A stretch of 37,471 nucleotides of DNA from a virus (taxonomy: Duplodnaviria > Heunggongvirae > Uroviricota > Caudoviricetes), in IMG/VR virus record IMGVR_UViG_2563366824_000004, one strand, 5' to 3'. The notes below the pieces were generated by a model that was not told the origin of the DNA, made no database searches, and saw nothing but the letters and a program-made list of their open reading frames with translations. Both the position numbers and the translations under genes were made by a program. Numbering within the stretch: position 1 is the stretch's first letter; each line of letters opens with the position of its first letter. Below, in pieces: positions 1-9,222 of the stretch.

Positions 1-1053
1 TTACGGGGTAATGCCAACCGCTGCCGCCACTTTGTCGCCACTTGGCAGCGTTGCCAGAGGATTGAAACGGAGCGCCGTTTCCAGATGATCCGGTGCCAGA
101 TGTGCGTAACGCATAGTCATTTTTATATCGTGGTGTCCGAGAATTTTTTGTAAGGCCAGAATGTTTCCACCCGACATCATGAAGTGCGCCGCAAACGTAT
201 GGCGCAGAACGTGTGTGAGTTGACCGCGAGGGAGCACGATAGACGTTTTTTCCATCACGGATAAAAATTGAAAATAGCAGTCTGTGAAGAAATTGAACCC
301 ATCAAGCGCCATGATCTCTTCGTAAAGCTCTTTACTGATAGGGATGCTTCTGTTTTTCTTCCCCTTCGTTCTTACAAAGGTAATTCGGTATTTGGTCACC
401 TGTGAACGAGTAAGATTTACGGCTTCTCGCCAGCGTGCGCCTGTGCTTAAGCATATCTTAACTACCAGTGCCAGAATTGGGTCCTGACGTTTGCAATCAG
501 CCAGTAATTCAACAATCTGCTCATGGGTAAGCCATGCCATCTCTTTTTCTGCGATGGTGAATTTTCGCATGTTCTCCAGTGGGTTCGGATACGACCATTC
601 GCCCAGGCGGGATAGTTCGCTAAAAACACTACTTAGATAGCTTTGCTCCAGGTTAATGGTGACCGGGCTTGCTCCTTTCTTCCATTTCTCGCTGAAGTAG
701 ATCTCGCCTGTCAGGCGTTTATCTCGATAGTGGGCAAACATTTTAGAGGTGAGATCGGTTGCAAGAGGATTGCCCAGAGCGTCAACCATCAACAGCAATT
801 TGTCATAGACATGCTGCCCAGCTGTCAGAGATTTACCATGTAGTTTGAACCATAGCTCAACCACGTCTTTCAGTGTTCGACGATCCACTGATTCACCCAG
901 CCAGGGCTTTGCTTCGGTTTCTTCCATCGTGTGGCGCTCAAAAGCCAGTGCTTCGCCTTTGGTGACGAATTGTTTACGCACACGACGCCCACTTCGTCCG
1001 GCGGGGTAACATTCGCAAAGCCATTTCCCAGTGGTGAGTTTTCGTACTGCCAT
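1..1053 (-). CDS. int: Tyrosine integrase (P2-like Int)
   Basis: C-terminal catalytic region HVLRHTFAAHF...GHHDIKMTMRYAHL (R..H..R..Y tyrosine recombinase signature). The ORF track extends to 1209, but the family-typical start MAVRKL is the ATG at 1051-1053. Stop codon is at 1-3. Confidence 0.9.
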   Translation of the reverse strand: MAVRKLTTGKWLCECYPAGRSGRRVRKQFVTKGEALAFERHTMEETEAKPWLGESVDRRTLKDVVELWFKLHGKSLTAGQHVYDKLLLMVDALGNPLATDLTSKMFAHYRDKRLTGEIYFSEKWKKGASPVTINLEQSYLSSVFSELSRLGEWSYPNPLENMRKFTIAEKEMAWLTHEQIVELLADCKRQDPILALVVKICLSTGARWREAVNLTRSQVTKYRITFVRTKGKKNRSIPISKELYEEIMALDGFNFFTDCYFQFLSVMEKTSIVLPRGQLTHVLRHTFAAHFMMSGGNILALQKILGHHDIKMTMRYAHLAPDHLETALRFNPLATLPSGDKVAAAVGITP

Positions 1054-1241
1054 AAAAAATGCCCTCCAGTAGAGAGCATTTTCACTGTATGTATAACCAG
1101 TGTCAATGTATGAAATCCTACGACCATACATCTCACTGAAGCCATAATTAAGTTGGCTATTCTTTTTGCTATGTGAGCATGTAACTTTTGCGGTTAACCT
1201 GCGGCTCATTTTTATTTTAGACGCAGATATAAAAGCAAAAG

Positions 1242-1433
1242 TTATCGTGAGTTTTTAGTACAGATTTTTTTGGATTTACTAATAGTTCCATCATTGCAAA
1301 CGAATTTGCCATCTGAGGTACAGTGAGAAACACCTCCCTTTTTCCCTGAGCAGGGATAATTTCTAGCATAGGTAGTTAGTGGGTTTAATAACAAAGAACA
1401 TGACAAAACCACAAAAAATACCTTACCAAGCAT
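1242..1433 (-). CDS. Small Cys-rich secreted protein or lipoprotein candidate (63 aa), hypothetical
   Basis: N-terminal hydrophobic signal-like segment [16 protein letters not shown] with a possible lipobox, and 5 Cys in the mature part; sits between int and cI on the same strand; AT-rich. Confidence 0.4.
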   Translation of the reverse strand: MLGKVFFVVLSCSLLLNPLTTYARNYPCSGKKGGVSHCTSDGKFVCNDGTISKSKKICTKNSR

Positions 1434-1448
1434 AGTTTCCTCCCGGTA

Positions 1449-2105
1449 CTATTTAACATACTTGACTGTTAAACTTATAATTTTACCAATTATTTCAATG
1501 TCTTCTATCTTGCATTCGAAGGCTCTGTTTCCACCCTCGACGAAGATTCTTCCACCGGGTAAACGAGTAATGTCACGGATCGTTATTTCGCCATCAATAC
1601 TTATTACCCATTTACCATCACGTATATCATCAAATTCTTTATCACAAATAAATTCAGAATTGTTATCTGTGATGACAAAAGGTTTTTTAAACGTAGAGGG
1701 TAGAAATCCCTTATCAAAAATATAAAAACCGTCTTTCTGCAATGCTCCATCAGACAATAAATATTTTTCTACTTCTATAGTATTTGTATTTGCTGATGCT
1801 TGCTTTGAACCATGCCCTGTTGTTAGCCAATTAAGCGAGGTGCCCGTTTCAAGGGCGCACTGGATTACCCAATCTGCTGGAAAAATATCACGCATATAGC
1901 GCGTTGCCATGGTGCTCTTAGAAACACCTAAATGATCACATAGAGCCTGACGGGTACCGAACCCATATGCTTCAACTAAACGTTCTATGGCTTTCTTACC
2001 GCCGCTATTGAAATCCACAAGTCCTCCAAAGAAATCCAAAATTCGTTGACAGATTCCAAAAGCGATCTTAAAGTTGAACCAGAAGTGTTCTTTTGGAGCC
2101 TTCAC
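1449..2105 (-). CDS. cI: Immunity repressor CI (186-like)
   Basis: Segment LVEAYGFGTRQALCDHLGVSKSTMATRYMRDIFPADWVIQCALETGTSLNWLTTGHG resembles the 186 CI HTH region as I recall it; located between int and the apl/cII operon, leftward. True start is uncertain. Confidence 0.8.
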   Translation of the reverse strand: MKAPKEHFWFNFKIAFGICQRILDFFGGLVDFNSGGKKAIERLVEAYGFGTRQALCDHLGVSKSTMATRYMRDIFPADWVIQCALETGTSLNWLTTGHGSKQASANTNTIEVEKYLLSDGALQKDGFYIFDKGFLPSTFKKPFVITDNNSEFICDKEFDDIRDGKWVISIDGEITIRDITRLPGGRIFVEGGNRAFECKIEDIEIIGKIISLTVKYVK

Positions 2106-2163
2106 TACTAATCACGACAAACAACGGCTCGCCACAAGCCATATCTAGAAGGAATGTTGCCTT
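2106..2163. promoter_or_regulatory. Lysis-lysogeny switch region between cI and apl/cox (promoters and operators expected here)
   Basis: 58-bp intergenic region between the leftward repressor and the rightward early operon; individual promoter elements not resolved. Confidence 0.4.
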
Positions 2164-2367
2164 ATGACACCTAACATTTCAATTACTCTGAATACACCAC
2201 ATGTCACAATCGAACGTTATAGCGAACTGACTGGCCTTTCTATTGATACGATTAACGACATGTTGGCTGATGGCCGACTACCTCGTCATCGTCTTCGTAA
2301 AGACAAAAAACGTGAAAAGGTAATGATTAACCTGGCTGCTCTGACTGTTGATGCTTTGTCTGCTTAA
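2164..2367 (+). CDS. Apl/Cox-like excisionase and switch regulator (67 aa)
   Basis: First gene of the rightward early operon, immediately opposite cI; small basic protein ([15 protein letters not shown]). Assigned by position and size. Confidence 0.6.
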   Translation: MTPNISITLNTPHVTIERYSELTGLSIDTINDMLADGRLPRHRLRKDKKREKVMINLAALTVDALSA

Positions 2368-2431
2368 TAGACGTCTATTTTCGCAATAAGACGCTGAGTT
2401 CGATTTTGCGATAAGTTCGGAGTTGAAAACC

Positions 2432-2941
2432 ATGTTTGATTACCAAGTTTCCAAACATCCACATTTTGATGAAGCCTGTCGTGCATTCGCACTGCGCCAC
2501 AATCTGGTGCAACTGGCAGAACGTGCGTGCATGAATGTGCAGATTCTGCGGAACAAGCTGAACCCAGCTCAACCTCATTTATTAACCGCACCAGAAATCT
2601 GGCTGCTTACCGATCTGACTGAAGATTCAACGTTGGTAGATGGTTTTCTGGCACAGATTCATTGTCTGCCATGTGTACCGATTAATGAGGTAGCAAAAGA
2701 GAAACTGCCGCATTACGTCATGAGCGCAACTGCAGAGATCGGGCGTGTTGCAGCAGGTGCGGTATCTGGTGATGTAAAAACTAGTGCCGGTCGTCGTGAT
2801 GCTATCAGCAGCATTAACTCTGTAACACGACTGATGGCGCTGGCTGCTGTTTCATTGCAGGCCCGTTTACAGGCTAATCCTGCGATGGCGAGTGCAGTTG
2901 ATACCGTGACTGGCCTCGGTGCTTCATTCGGTTTGCTGTGA
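2432..2941 (+). CDS. cII: CII-like transcriptional activator (186 CII family)
   Basis: [49 protein letters not shown]...[22 protein letters not shown] closely matches 186 CII as I recall it. ATG at 2432 has a GGAG upstream; the ORF-track start at 2423 is TTG. Confidence 0.85.
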   Translation: MFDYQVSKHPHFDEACRAFALRHNLVQLAERACMNVQILRNKLNPAQPHLLTAPEIWLLTDLTEDSTLVDGFLAQIHCLPCVPINEVAKEKLPHYVMSATAEIGRVAAGAVSGDVKTSAGRRDAISSINSVTRLMALAAVSLQARLQANPAMASAVDTVTGLGASFGLL

Positions 2942-2948
2942 GGTGCTT

Positions 2949-3245
2949 ATGCTGACGAAAGAACCATCATTTGCATCGCTGCTGGTAAAACAAAGCCCGA
3001 CAATGCACTACGGTCACGGCTGGATCACGGGTGAGGATGGAAAACGCTGGCATCCATGTCATTCACAAGATGAATTGCTGTCTGAATTGACCACGAGGAA
3101 ACGGAGAAAGTCCAAATGTATGCGGCAGAAAGTGAAGTGGTTTATCAGTTTCGTTACAGAGGGGAGAGTTATTCAGTACCTGAAGATGATTTGCTCTGTT
3201 GCTATCCGTCATTGTCGGGCGATGGCAGTTACTTTTTCACGTTAA
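2949..3245 (+). CDS. Hypothetical small early protein
   Basis: ATG at 2949 preceded by GAGGTG. The C-terminal half overlaps the next ORF in another frame and looks low-complexity, so the real extent is uncertain. Confidence 0.35.
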   Translation: MLTKEPSFASLLVKQSPTMHYGHGWITGEDGKRWHPCHSQDELLSELTTRKRRKSKCMRQKVKWFISFVTEGRVIQYLKMICSVAIRHCRAMAVTFSR

Positions 3246-3340
3246 AGGATGGGACGTTTTTACGGGGAGAGCAGGTTAAAGAGACGATACGAAAAAATGT
3301 ATCTCCTCTTGAGCGTTACCGTAAGAACAAAGAACGATAG
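3116..3340 (+). CDS. Hypothetical small early protein (74 aa)
   Basis: Protein-like composition (MYAAESEVVYQFRYRGESYSVPEDD...); position corresponds to the small early ORFs of P2/186. Confidence 0.5.
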   Translation: MYAAESEVVYQFRYRGESYSVPEDDLLCCYPSLSGDGSYFFTLKDGTFLRGEQVKETIRKNVSPLERYRKNKER

Positions 3341-3362
3341 CTGCGTTTGGGGGATATGAAGT

Positions 3363-3704
3363 ATGGCAATTAATGGCGCTGCAGCAACTGTTCCATTAAG
3401 CCCCGGTGAACGCCTGAATGGACTTAATCACATTGCAGAGTTAAGGGCGAAAGTTTTTGGCCTGAATATTGAGTCAGAGCTTGAGCGGTTTATTAAAGAT
3501 ATGCGTGATCCACGGGATATCAATAATGAACAAAATAAACGGGCACTGGCTGCCATATTCTTTATGGCAAAAATTCCAGCTGAACGTCATAGCATCAGCA
3601 TTAATGAGCTGACCACTGACGAAAAGCGGGAGCTGATTAAAGCAATGAATCATTTTCGTGCAGTGGTGAGCTTATTTCCCAGACGGCTAACCATGCCGAA
3701 TTAA
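3363..3704 (+). CDS. Hypothetical early protein (113 aa)
   Basis: Clean ORF with ATG start in the early operon; no recognisable motif. Confidence 0.6.
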   Translation: MAINGAAATVPLSPGERLNGLNHIAELRAKVFGLNIESELERFIKDMRDPRDINNEQNKRALAAIFFMAKIPAERHSISINELTTDEKRELIKAMNHFRAVVSLFPRRLTMPN

Positions 3705-3771
3705 CCAACTAATGAAATTAATGGCGTAAACCCGCCGGGCATCCCTTTATCTAAATTCAGGAGAATTGATT

Positions 3772-4005
3772 ATGCGTAATATTGAAACCCTCACGACTAA
3801 AACCGGACCGGATGACGCAGGGCTTAATATTTTACTGACAGAGGCTCGTCTGGAAGAACGCCGGGCAAGGGCTGAAGCAATGGCTGCTCGCCTTGATAGC
3901 CTGGCGTGTCATATCTCATCCCGCCAGCTAAACCACGTGGAAGCGGCAGAACTGCTGCGCGTGACTGCTGAAGCAATCCAGAACGAAGCGCAGGAGATCC
4001 ACTAA
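3772..4005 (+). CDS. Hypothetical early protein
   Basis: ATG at 3772 preceded by AGGAGAA; the ORF-track start at 3766 is TTG. Charged helical protein. Confidence 0.55.
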   Translation: MRNIETLTTKTGPDDAGLNILLTEARLEERRARAEAMAARLDSLACHISSRQLNHVEAAELLRVTAEAIQNEAQEIH

Positions 4006-4232
4006 TGGCTGATGCAATGGATCTCGTACAGCAGCGCGTTGAAGAAGAACGCCAGCGCCATATCCGTGCAGCCCGTGCCAAATCACCGGGCGTGTCACGC
4101 GTACTTTGCATTGAATGTGAAGCGCCAATTCCGCCAGCACGACGCCGCGCCATTCCGGGAGTGCAGCTTTGCATTACCTGTCAGGAAATCGCAGAACTGA
4201 AAGGCAAACATTACAACGGAGGTGCTGTATGA
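4005..4232 (+). CDS. TraR/DksA-family C4 zinc-finger protein (75 aa)
   Basis: CIECEAPIPPARRRAIPGVQLCITC: CxxC-N17-CxxC near the C-terminus after a charged helical N-terminus, typical of phage TraR-like proteins. Confidence 0.75.
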   Translation: MADAMDLVQQRVEEERQRHIRAARAKSPGVSRVLCIECEAPIPPARRRAIPGVQLCITCQEIAELKGKHYNGGAV

Positions 4233-5086
4233 GCACCATCCTGAAATGGGCGGGAAATAAAACCGCCATTATGCCAGAACTGAAAAAATACCTTCCTGCT
4301 GGCCCGCGACTGGTTGAACCTTTCGCGGGTTCCTGTGCTGTGATGATGGAAACGGATTATCCCAGCTATCTGGTTGCGGATATTAATCCTGATTTAATCA
4401 ACCTCTATAAAAAGGTTGCCGCTGATTGTGAATCGTTTATATCTCGCGCCAGAGTTTTATTTGAGATCGCAAACAGGGAGGTGGCTTATTACAACATAAG
4501 GCAGGAGTTTAACTGCTCAACTGAAATTACTGATTTCATGAAAGCGGTATATTTCCTGTATCTTAATCGTCACGGTTACCGTGGTTTATGTCGCTATAAC
4601 AAGAGCGGGCATTTCAACATCCCCTACGGTAATTATAAAAATCCGTATTTCCCTGAAAAAGAACTTCGCACATTTGCAGAAAAAGCCCAGCGAGCAACGT
4701 TTATCTGCGCCAGCTTTGATGAAACGCTGGCGATGTTGAAGGCGGGAGATGTGGTGTATTGCGATCCGCCGTATGACGGTACGTTTTCCGGCTATCACAC
4801 TGATGGTTTCACTGAAGATGACCAGTATCACCTGGCATCCGTTCTTGAACATCGGTCATCAGAAGGACATCCAGTCATTGTTTCTAACAGTGACACATCC
4901 CTGATCCGTTCGCTGTATCGCAATTTTACTCACCACTATATCAAGGTAAAACGCAGCATCGGTGTGGCAGCTGGCGAGGGTAAATCAGCAACAGAAATCA
5001 TTGCTGTTTCCGGGCCGCGCTGCTGGATGGGATTTGATTATTCGCGTGGCGTGGATAGTTCTGCCGTGTACGGAGTACGTGCATGA
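4229..5086 (+). CDS. dam: DNA adenine methyltransferase (Dam-like, N6-adenine, probably GATC)
   Basis: N-terminus [23 protein letters not shown]...EPFAGSCAV (AdoMet-binding motif) and catalytic DPPY ([10 protein letters not shown]). ATG with GGAGGTG upstream; the ORF-track start at 4169 is upstream. Confidence 0.9.
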   Translation: MSTILKWAGNKTAIMPELKKYLPAGPRLVEPFAGSCAVMMETDYPSYLVADINPDLINLYKKVAADCESFISRARVLFEIANREVAYYNIRQEFNCSTEITDFMKAVYFLYLNRHGYRGLCRYNKSGHFNIPYGNYKNPYFPEKELRTFAEKAQRATFICASFDETLAMLKAGDVVYCDPPYDGTFSGYHTDGFTEDDQYHLASVLEHRSSEGHPVIVSNSDTSLIRSLYRNFTHHYIKVKRSIGVAAGEGKSATEIIAVSGPRCWMGFDYSRGVDSSAVYGVRA

Positions 5087-7497
5087 GTCATGCCGATATG
5101 AACAACTGCTGCGGCTTTAACGAGGCTGCCGCAGCATTCTCATGGAACAGCCCGAAAAAGGCCATTAACCCTTATCTGGACCCGGCGGAAGTTGCGCCGG
5201 TTTCTACGCTTTCAAACCTGATCACTCTGTACGCTGCCGATAACGAGCAGGAACAGTTGCGCCGCGAGGCACTGAGTGATCAGGTCTGGGAGCGTTATTT
5301 CTTTAATGAATCCCGTGATCCTGTCCAACGCGAAATGGAGCAGGATAAGCTCATTAGCCGGGCAAAGATGGCGCATGAGCAGCAGCGTTTTAATCCGGAC
5401 ATGGTCATTCTGGCCGACGTCAACGCCCAGCCTTCCCATATCAGCAAGCCGCTGATGCAACGTATTGAATATTTCAGCAGCCTGGGCAGGCCAAAGGCTT
5501 ATTCCCGCTATTTGCGTGAGACGATTAAGCCATGTCTGGAACGACTGGAGCATGTACGCGACAGCCAGCTATCTGCATCTTTTCGTTTTATGGCAAGCCA
5601 TGAAGGGCTGGACGGTCTGCTGATCCTGCCTGAAATGAGTCAGGATCAGGTGAAACGCCTGTCTACCCTTGTCGCTGCGCATATGAGCATGTGTCTTGAT
5701 GCCGCTTGTGGTGATTTGTACGCCTCCGATGATGTTAAGCCAGAAGAAATCCGCAAGACATGGGAAAAGGTGGCTGCAGAAACCCTGCGACTGGATGTCA
5801 TACCGCCTGCGTTTGAGCAACTCCGCCGGAAAAGAAACCGCCGCAAACCTGTGCCCTATGAACTCATTCCGGGTTCGCTGGCGCGTATGCTGTGCGCCGA
5901 CTGGTGGTATCGGAAATTATGGAAGATGCGTTGCGAATGGCGGGAAGAGCAGTTGCGTGCTGTCTGCCTGGTCAGCAAAAAAGCATCTCCCTATGTCAGC
6001 TATGAAGCCGTGATGCATAAACGTGAGCAGCGCCGTAAGTCGCTGGAGTTTTTCCGTTCTCATGAACTGGTGAACGAAGACGGCGACACGCTGAACATGG
6101 AGGATGTGGTAAACGCCAGCAGCAGCAACCCGGCGCATCGCCGCAATGAGATGATGGCCTGTGTTAAAGGCCTGGAGCTTATCGCGGAAATGCGTGGTGA
6201 CTGCGCCGTTTTCTACACCATCACCTGTCCGTCACGTTTCCATTCCACGCTAAATAACGGCAGGCCAAACCCGACCTGGACCAACGCGACAGTAAGACAA
6301 AGCAGCGATTATCTGGTCGGCATGTTTGCTGCATTTCGTAAGGCTATGCACAAAGCCGGGTTGCGCTGGTATGGCGTGCGGGTGGCTGAGCCGCATCATG
6401 ACGGCACAGTTCACTGGCACCTGTTGTGTTTCATGCGTAAAAAAGACCGCCGCGCCATTACTGCATTGTTGCGTAAGTTTGCCATCCGTGAAGACCGCGA
6501 GGAGCTGGGCAATAACACGGGGCCACGCTTTAAGTCTGAGCTGATAAACCCGCGCAAAGGAACGCCGACAAGCTACATTGCGAAATATATCAGTAAGAAT
6601 ATTGACGGGCGTGGTCTGGCTGGCGAGATCAGTAAGGAAACGGGTAAATCCCTGCGTGATAACGCTGAATACGTTAATGCCTGGGCGTCTCTGCATCGTG
6701 TTCAGCAATTCCGCTTCTTTGGCATTCCGGGGCGTCAGGCTTACCGTGAACTGCGATTGCTGGCTGGTCAGGCGGCAAGGCAACAGGGTGACAAAAAAGC
6801 AGGTGCGCCGGTACTGGATAACCCGCGCCTTGATGCCATCCTGGCTGCTGCTGATGCTGGTTGTTTTGCCACCTACATCATGAAGCAGGGCGGCGTACTG
6901 GTTTCCCGCAAATATCACCTCATCAGAACCGCTTATGAAATCAACGAAGAGCCAACCGCCTATGGCGATCACGGTATTCGTATTTATGGCATCTGGTCAC
7001 CCATTGCAGAGGGCAAGATCTGCACTCATGCAGTGAAGTGGAAAATGGTTCGTAAGGCCGTTGACGTTCAGGAGGCGGCAGCCGACCAGGGCGCTTGCGC
7101 CCCTTGGACTCGTGGCAATAACTGTCCCCTTGCTGAAAATTTGAACCAACAAGGGAAAGACAAATCAGCTGATGGGGACTCCAGAACGGATATTACCCGT
7201 ATGAATGACAAGGAGTTGCACGATTACCTGCACAGTATGAGCAAAAAAGATCGCCGGGAACTGGCAGCAAGGTTACGCCTGGTGAAACCGAAACGGCGTA
7301 AAGACTACAAACAGCGAATTACAGACCATCAGCGACAGCAGCTTGTCTATGAATTGAAGTCCAGAGGATTTGATGGCAGCGAGAAAGAGGTCGAGTTGCT
7401 CCTTCGCGGTGGCAGTATTCCGTCAGGAGCAGGCCTGCGTATCTTCTATCGGAACCAGCGTCTGCAGGAGGATGATAAGTGGCGGAACATGTATTAA
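5083..7497 (+). CDS. A: Replication initiation protein gpA (rolling-circle endonuclease)
   Basis: 804 aa; HxH metal motif (TVHWHLL) and the tyrosine pair region [13 protein letters not shown] typical of P2 A-family initiators; located after the early operon. Confidence 0.9.
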   Translation: MSHADMNNCCGFNEAAAAFSWNSPKKAINPYLDPAEVAPVSTLSNLITLYAADNEQEQLRREALSDQVWERYFFNESRDPVQREMEQDKLISRAKMAHEQQRFNPDMVILADVNAQPSHISKPLMQRIEYFSSLGRPKAYSRYLRETIKPCLERLEHVRDSQLSASFRFMASHEGLDGLLILPEMSQDQVKRLSTLVAAHMSMCLDAACGDLYASDDVKPEEIRKTWEKVAAETLRLDVIPPAFEQLRRKRNRRKPVPYELIPGSLARMLCADWWYRKLWKMRCEWREEQLRAVCLVSKKASPYVSYEAVMHKREQRRKSLEFFRSHELVNEDGDTLNMEDVVNASSSNPAHRRNEMMACVKGLELIAEMRGDCAVFYTITCPSRFHSTLNNGRPNPTWTNATVRQSSDYLVGMFAAFRKAMHKAGLRWYGVRVAEPHHDGTVHWHLLCFMRKKDRRAITALLRKFAIREDREELGNNTGPRFKSELINPRKGTPTSYIAKYISKNIDGRGLAGEISKETGKSLRDNAEYVNAWASLHRVQQFRFFGIPGRQAYRELRLLAGQAARQQGDKKAGAPVLDNPRLDAILAAADAGCFATYIMKQGGVLVSRKYHLIRTAYEINEEPTAYGDHGIRIYGIWSPIAEGKICTHAVKWKMVRKAVDVQEAAADQGACAPWTRGNNCPLAENLNQQGKDKSADGDSRTDITRMNDKELHDYLHSMSKKDRRELAARLRLVKPKRRKDYKQRITDHQRQQLVYELKSRGFDGSEKEVELLLRGGSIPSGAGLRIFYRNQRLQEDDKWRNMY

Positions 7498-7591
7498 TTA
7501 CGCTGATTAACAATTCGTGCTCTTAATAATACCAGGCATATCAGGCTGATGAACGTAAAAAAACGTTTTACATCAGTAAGATTATTATATA

Positions 7592-7607
7592 CTGTAAATA
7601 TAAACAG
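7592..7607 (+). promoter_or_regulatory. LexA (SOS) box CTGT-N8-ACAG
   Basis: Sequence tACTGTAAATATAAACAGtg, 44 bp upstream of the ATG at 7651, matches the E. coli LexA consensus CTGT-(AT-rich)8-ACAG. Confidence 0.6.
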
Positions 7608-7650
7608 TGGTTATGTATACAGTATTGCTTGTGGTGTCATAGGAGGAAAA

Positions 7651-7839
7651 ATGCAGGACTATTTTTTGGAGTCTTTGAAGCTCCAGCGCATTGATTTTTT
7701 TCTTAAGCTTGTAGCGGCTAGTGAGTGTAGTGATGAAGAGAAGGGGCTGGCTTTGCAGTGGGTTTCTGAACTAACAGATGAACTCATGGCAAAAATCAGA
7801 ACCCACGAATACAACCGCTCAATGGATGTCATCAGTTGA
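7651..7839 (+). CDS. SOS-regulated small protein (63 aa), possible Tum-like antirepressor component
   Basis: ATG at 7651 with AGGAGG upstream, downstream of the LexA box. The longer ORF-track start at 7549 lies upstream of the operator and is rejected. Function inferred from context only. Confidence 0.5.
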   Translation: MQDYFLESLKLQRIDFFLKLVAASECSDEEKGLALQWVSELTDELMAKIRTHEYNRSMDVIS

Positions 7840-7849
7840 GGTGACTTTT

Positions 7850-8083
7850 ATGCGCATTGAAATAATGATCGATAAAGAGCAGAAGATTAGCCAGTCTATC
7901 CTGGACGCCCTTGAATCCGAGCTTTACCGCAATCTGCGCCCCCTGTATCCAAAAACGGTAATTCGTATCCGCAAAGGTAGCTCTAACGGTGTGGAACTGA
8001 CCGGACTGCAACTGGACGAAGAAAGAAAACAAGTGATGAAAATTATGCAGAAGGTGTGGGAAGACGACAGCTGGCTGCATTAG
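7850..8083 (+). CDS. DinI-family protein (77 aa)
   Basis: MRIEIMIDKEQKISQSILDALESELYRNLRPLYP...EERKQVMKIMQKVWEDDSWLH aligns along its length with E. coli DinI as I recall it (MRIEVTIAK...AIDALAGEL...KEDKQRISEILQETWESADDWF). GAGGTG RBS. Confidence 0.8.
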   Translation: MRIEIMIDKEQKISQSILDALESELYRNLRPLYPKTVIRIRKGSSNGVELTGLQLDEERKQVMKIMQKVWEDDSWLH

Positions 8084-8211
8084 AGAACGTTGCGGATGAT
8101 AAAACTAGCTTTTACCATCTGCAAGGCTGAACAACGATTGTAGCGAGGTGTTAGGTGGTTCAAAAGTAAAGCGGTTATTTTGCCCGTAAAAGTGAACCAC
8201 CTGTATCTTGA

Positions 8212-8952
8212 TCAGTTTTCTTTGAATTTTTCACTTAATCGTTTCGTCAATACTTCGACAGATTCTTTGCGACCGGAGAACAAGTCATTGACGACGTACT
8301 CCATAATCTCAAAAGCATCCTCAATGTCTTTGACTTTTACTTCATCGTAGGTATGGCTTCCGGCATTTCCTAAAAATTTAATTGCCATAAGAGGTCTTGA
8401 AAACGATCCGTATAATTCAGGTAGCATCCCTAAACGGTGGTGTAGAGTTATGCGTTTGCCATTATCATTACGTTCAGCTACATCCATAGCGGTTAGCATT
8501 CTTTCAACTGAAATTCGAATTAGGTTTGCTGCTGCGCCAGGCTGTATTAGGAAAATGGAAAATGAGGCTTCAAGCGGTTCGGTAATTTCTTCTGGGCATT
8601 TTTCAGGTATTTCGAAAGGATGCAGTGATGGGTAAAAGGTGAAAGGTCTGTGCCATTGATAGTACTCAATATCATTTCTTTCTTCATCCCAACCTTGTTC
8701 CCATCCACTCTTACCAGTACAGGCCACAACTTCACCACATTGCATTCTTGAACAGCGGGCCATGCAACTGAAAATAGATGAATCCATTTCTAGTTCAAAC
8801 CAATCTTCACTGCGGAATTTTCGGGTATCATGTGTGTCATACGAGACGAAACTTTCTTTAATGATCTGTAGGGTTTTCTGATTGCAGTTAGGGCAGGGCC
8901 ACTCAACCTGCATATCGTGGAAAAACGCACCAGAGAGCTTGTGCACAGTCAT
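8212..8952 (-). CDS. Hypothetical cargo protein (246 aa) with N-terminal Cys-rich putative Zn-ribbon; candidate phage-exclusion gene
   Basis: Leftward AT-rich ORF at the position occupied by tin/old in P2. CPNC...C...C..C cysteine clusters; C-terminal alpha-helical region with a GNAGSH motif. Confidence 0.7.
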   Translation of the reverse strand: MTVHKLSGAFFHDMQVEWPCPNCNQKTLQIIKESFVSYDTHDTRKFRSEDWFELEMDSSIFSCMARCSRMQCGEVVACTGKSGWEQGWDEERNDIEYYQWHRPFTFYPSLHPFEIPEKCPEEITEPLEASFSIFLIQPGAAANLIRISVERMLTAMDVAERNDNGKRITLHHRLGMLPELYGSFSRPLMAIKFLGNAGSHTYDEVKVKDIEDAFEIMEYVVNDLFSGRKESVEVLTKRLSEKFKEN

Positions 8953-9152
8953 TCTTTGTGTTCCTCATTTTTATGATTGGTAGGGATTGTATCTTCATAC
9001 ACGATTACAGTTGCATTAAAGATAAGCCATAGCAAGCTACTGGAAAAGAGACGAAACAGTTGGGCATATCAGATGTTTTTTCTTAAGGTAAGTTGTTGTG
9101 CATGCCTATACTGCATGAGATTGCATGATCGTTTGAGGATCGTTATTGCTAA

Positions 9153-9177
9153 GGCCCACCAGAACTGGCGGGCTTTT
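9153..9177 (+). terminator. Candidate intrinsic terminator (imperfect GC stem followed by TTTT)
   Basis: GCCCACCAG-AA-CTGGCGGGC followed by TTTTG; would terminate rightward transcription just before the candidate cos site. Confidence 0.35.
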
Positions 9178-9222
9178 GCGTAGAGCATGCAGGTGCATGA
9201 AAACAACTACATAAAGCGGGCA

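Noticed and set aside
643-1145. Small ORFs at 643-843 (+), 870-1145 (-) and 931-1113 (+) overlapping the integrase gene.
   Set aside because: Embedded in or antisense to the integrase coding region, without RBS or recognisable features.
7549-7650. Upstream extension of the SOS-regulated small ORF (ORF-track start at 7549).
   Set aside because: The LexA box and likely promoter lie inside this extension; the ATG at 7651 with an AGGAGG RBS is the credible start.
8212-8952. Old-like (ABC ATPase plus TOPRIM) exclusion nuclease at the P2 old position.
   Set aside because: The gene here is only 246 aa with no Walker motifs; it is not an Old homologue.
8977-9183. 68-aa plus-strand ORF in the cargo intergenic region.
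   Set aside because: No RBS, Cys/Leu-rich implausible composition, and it ends exactly at a terminator-like hairpin; more likely non-coding regulatory sequence.
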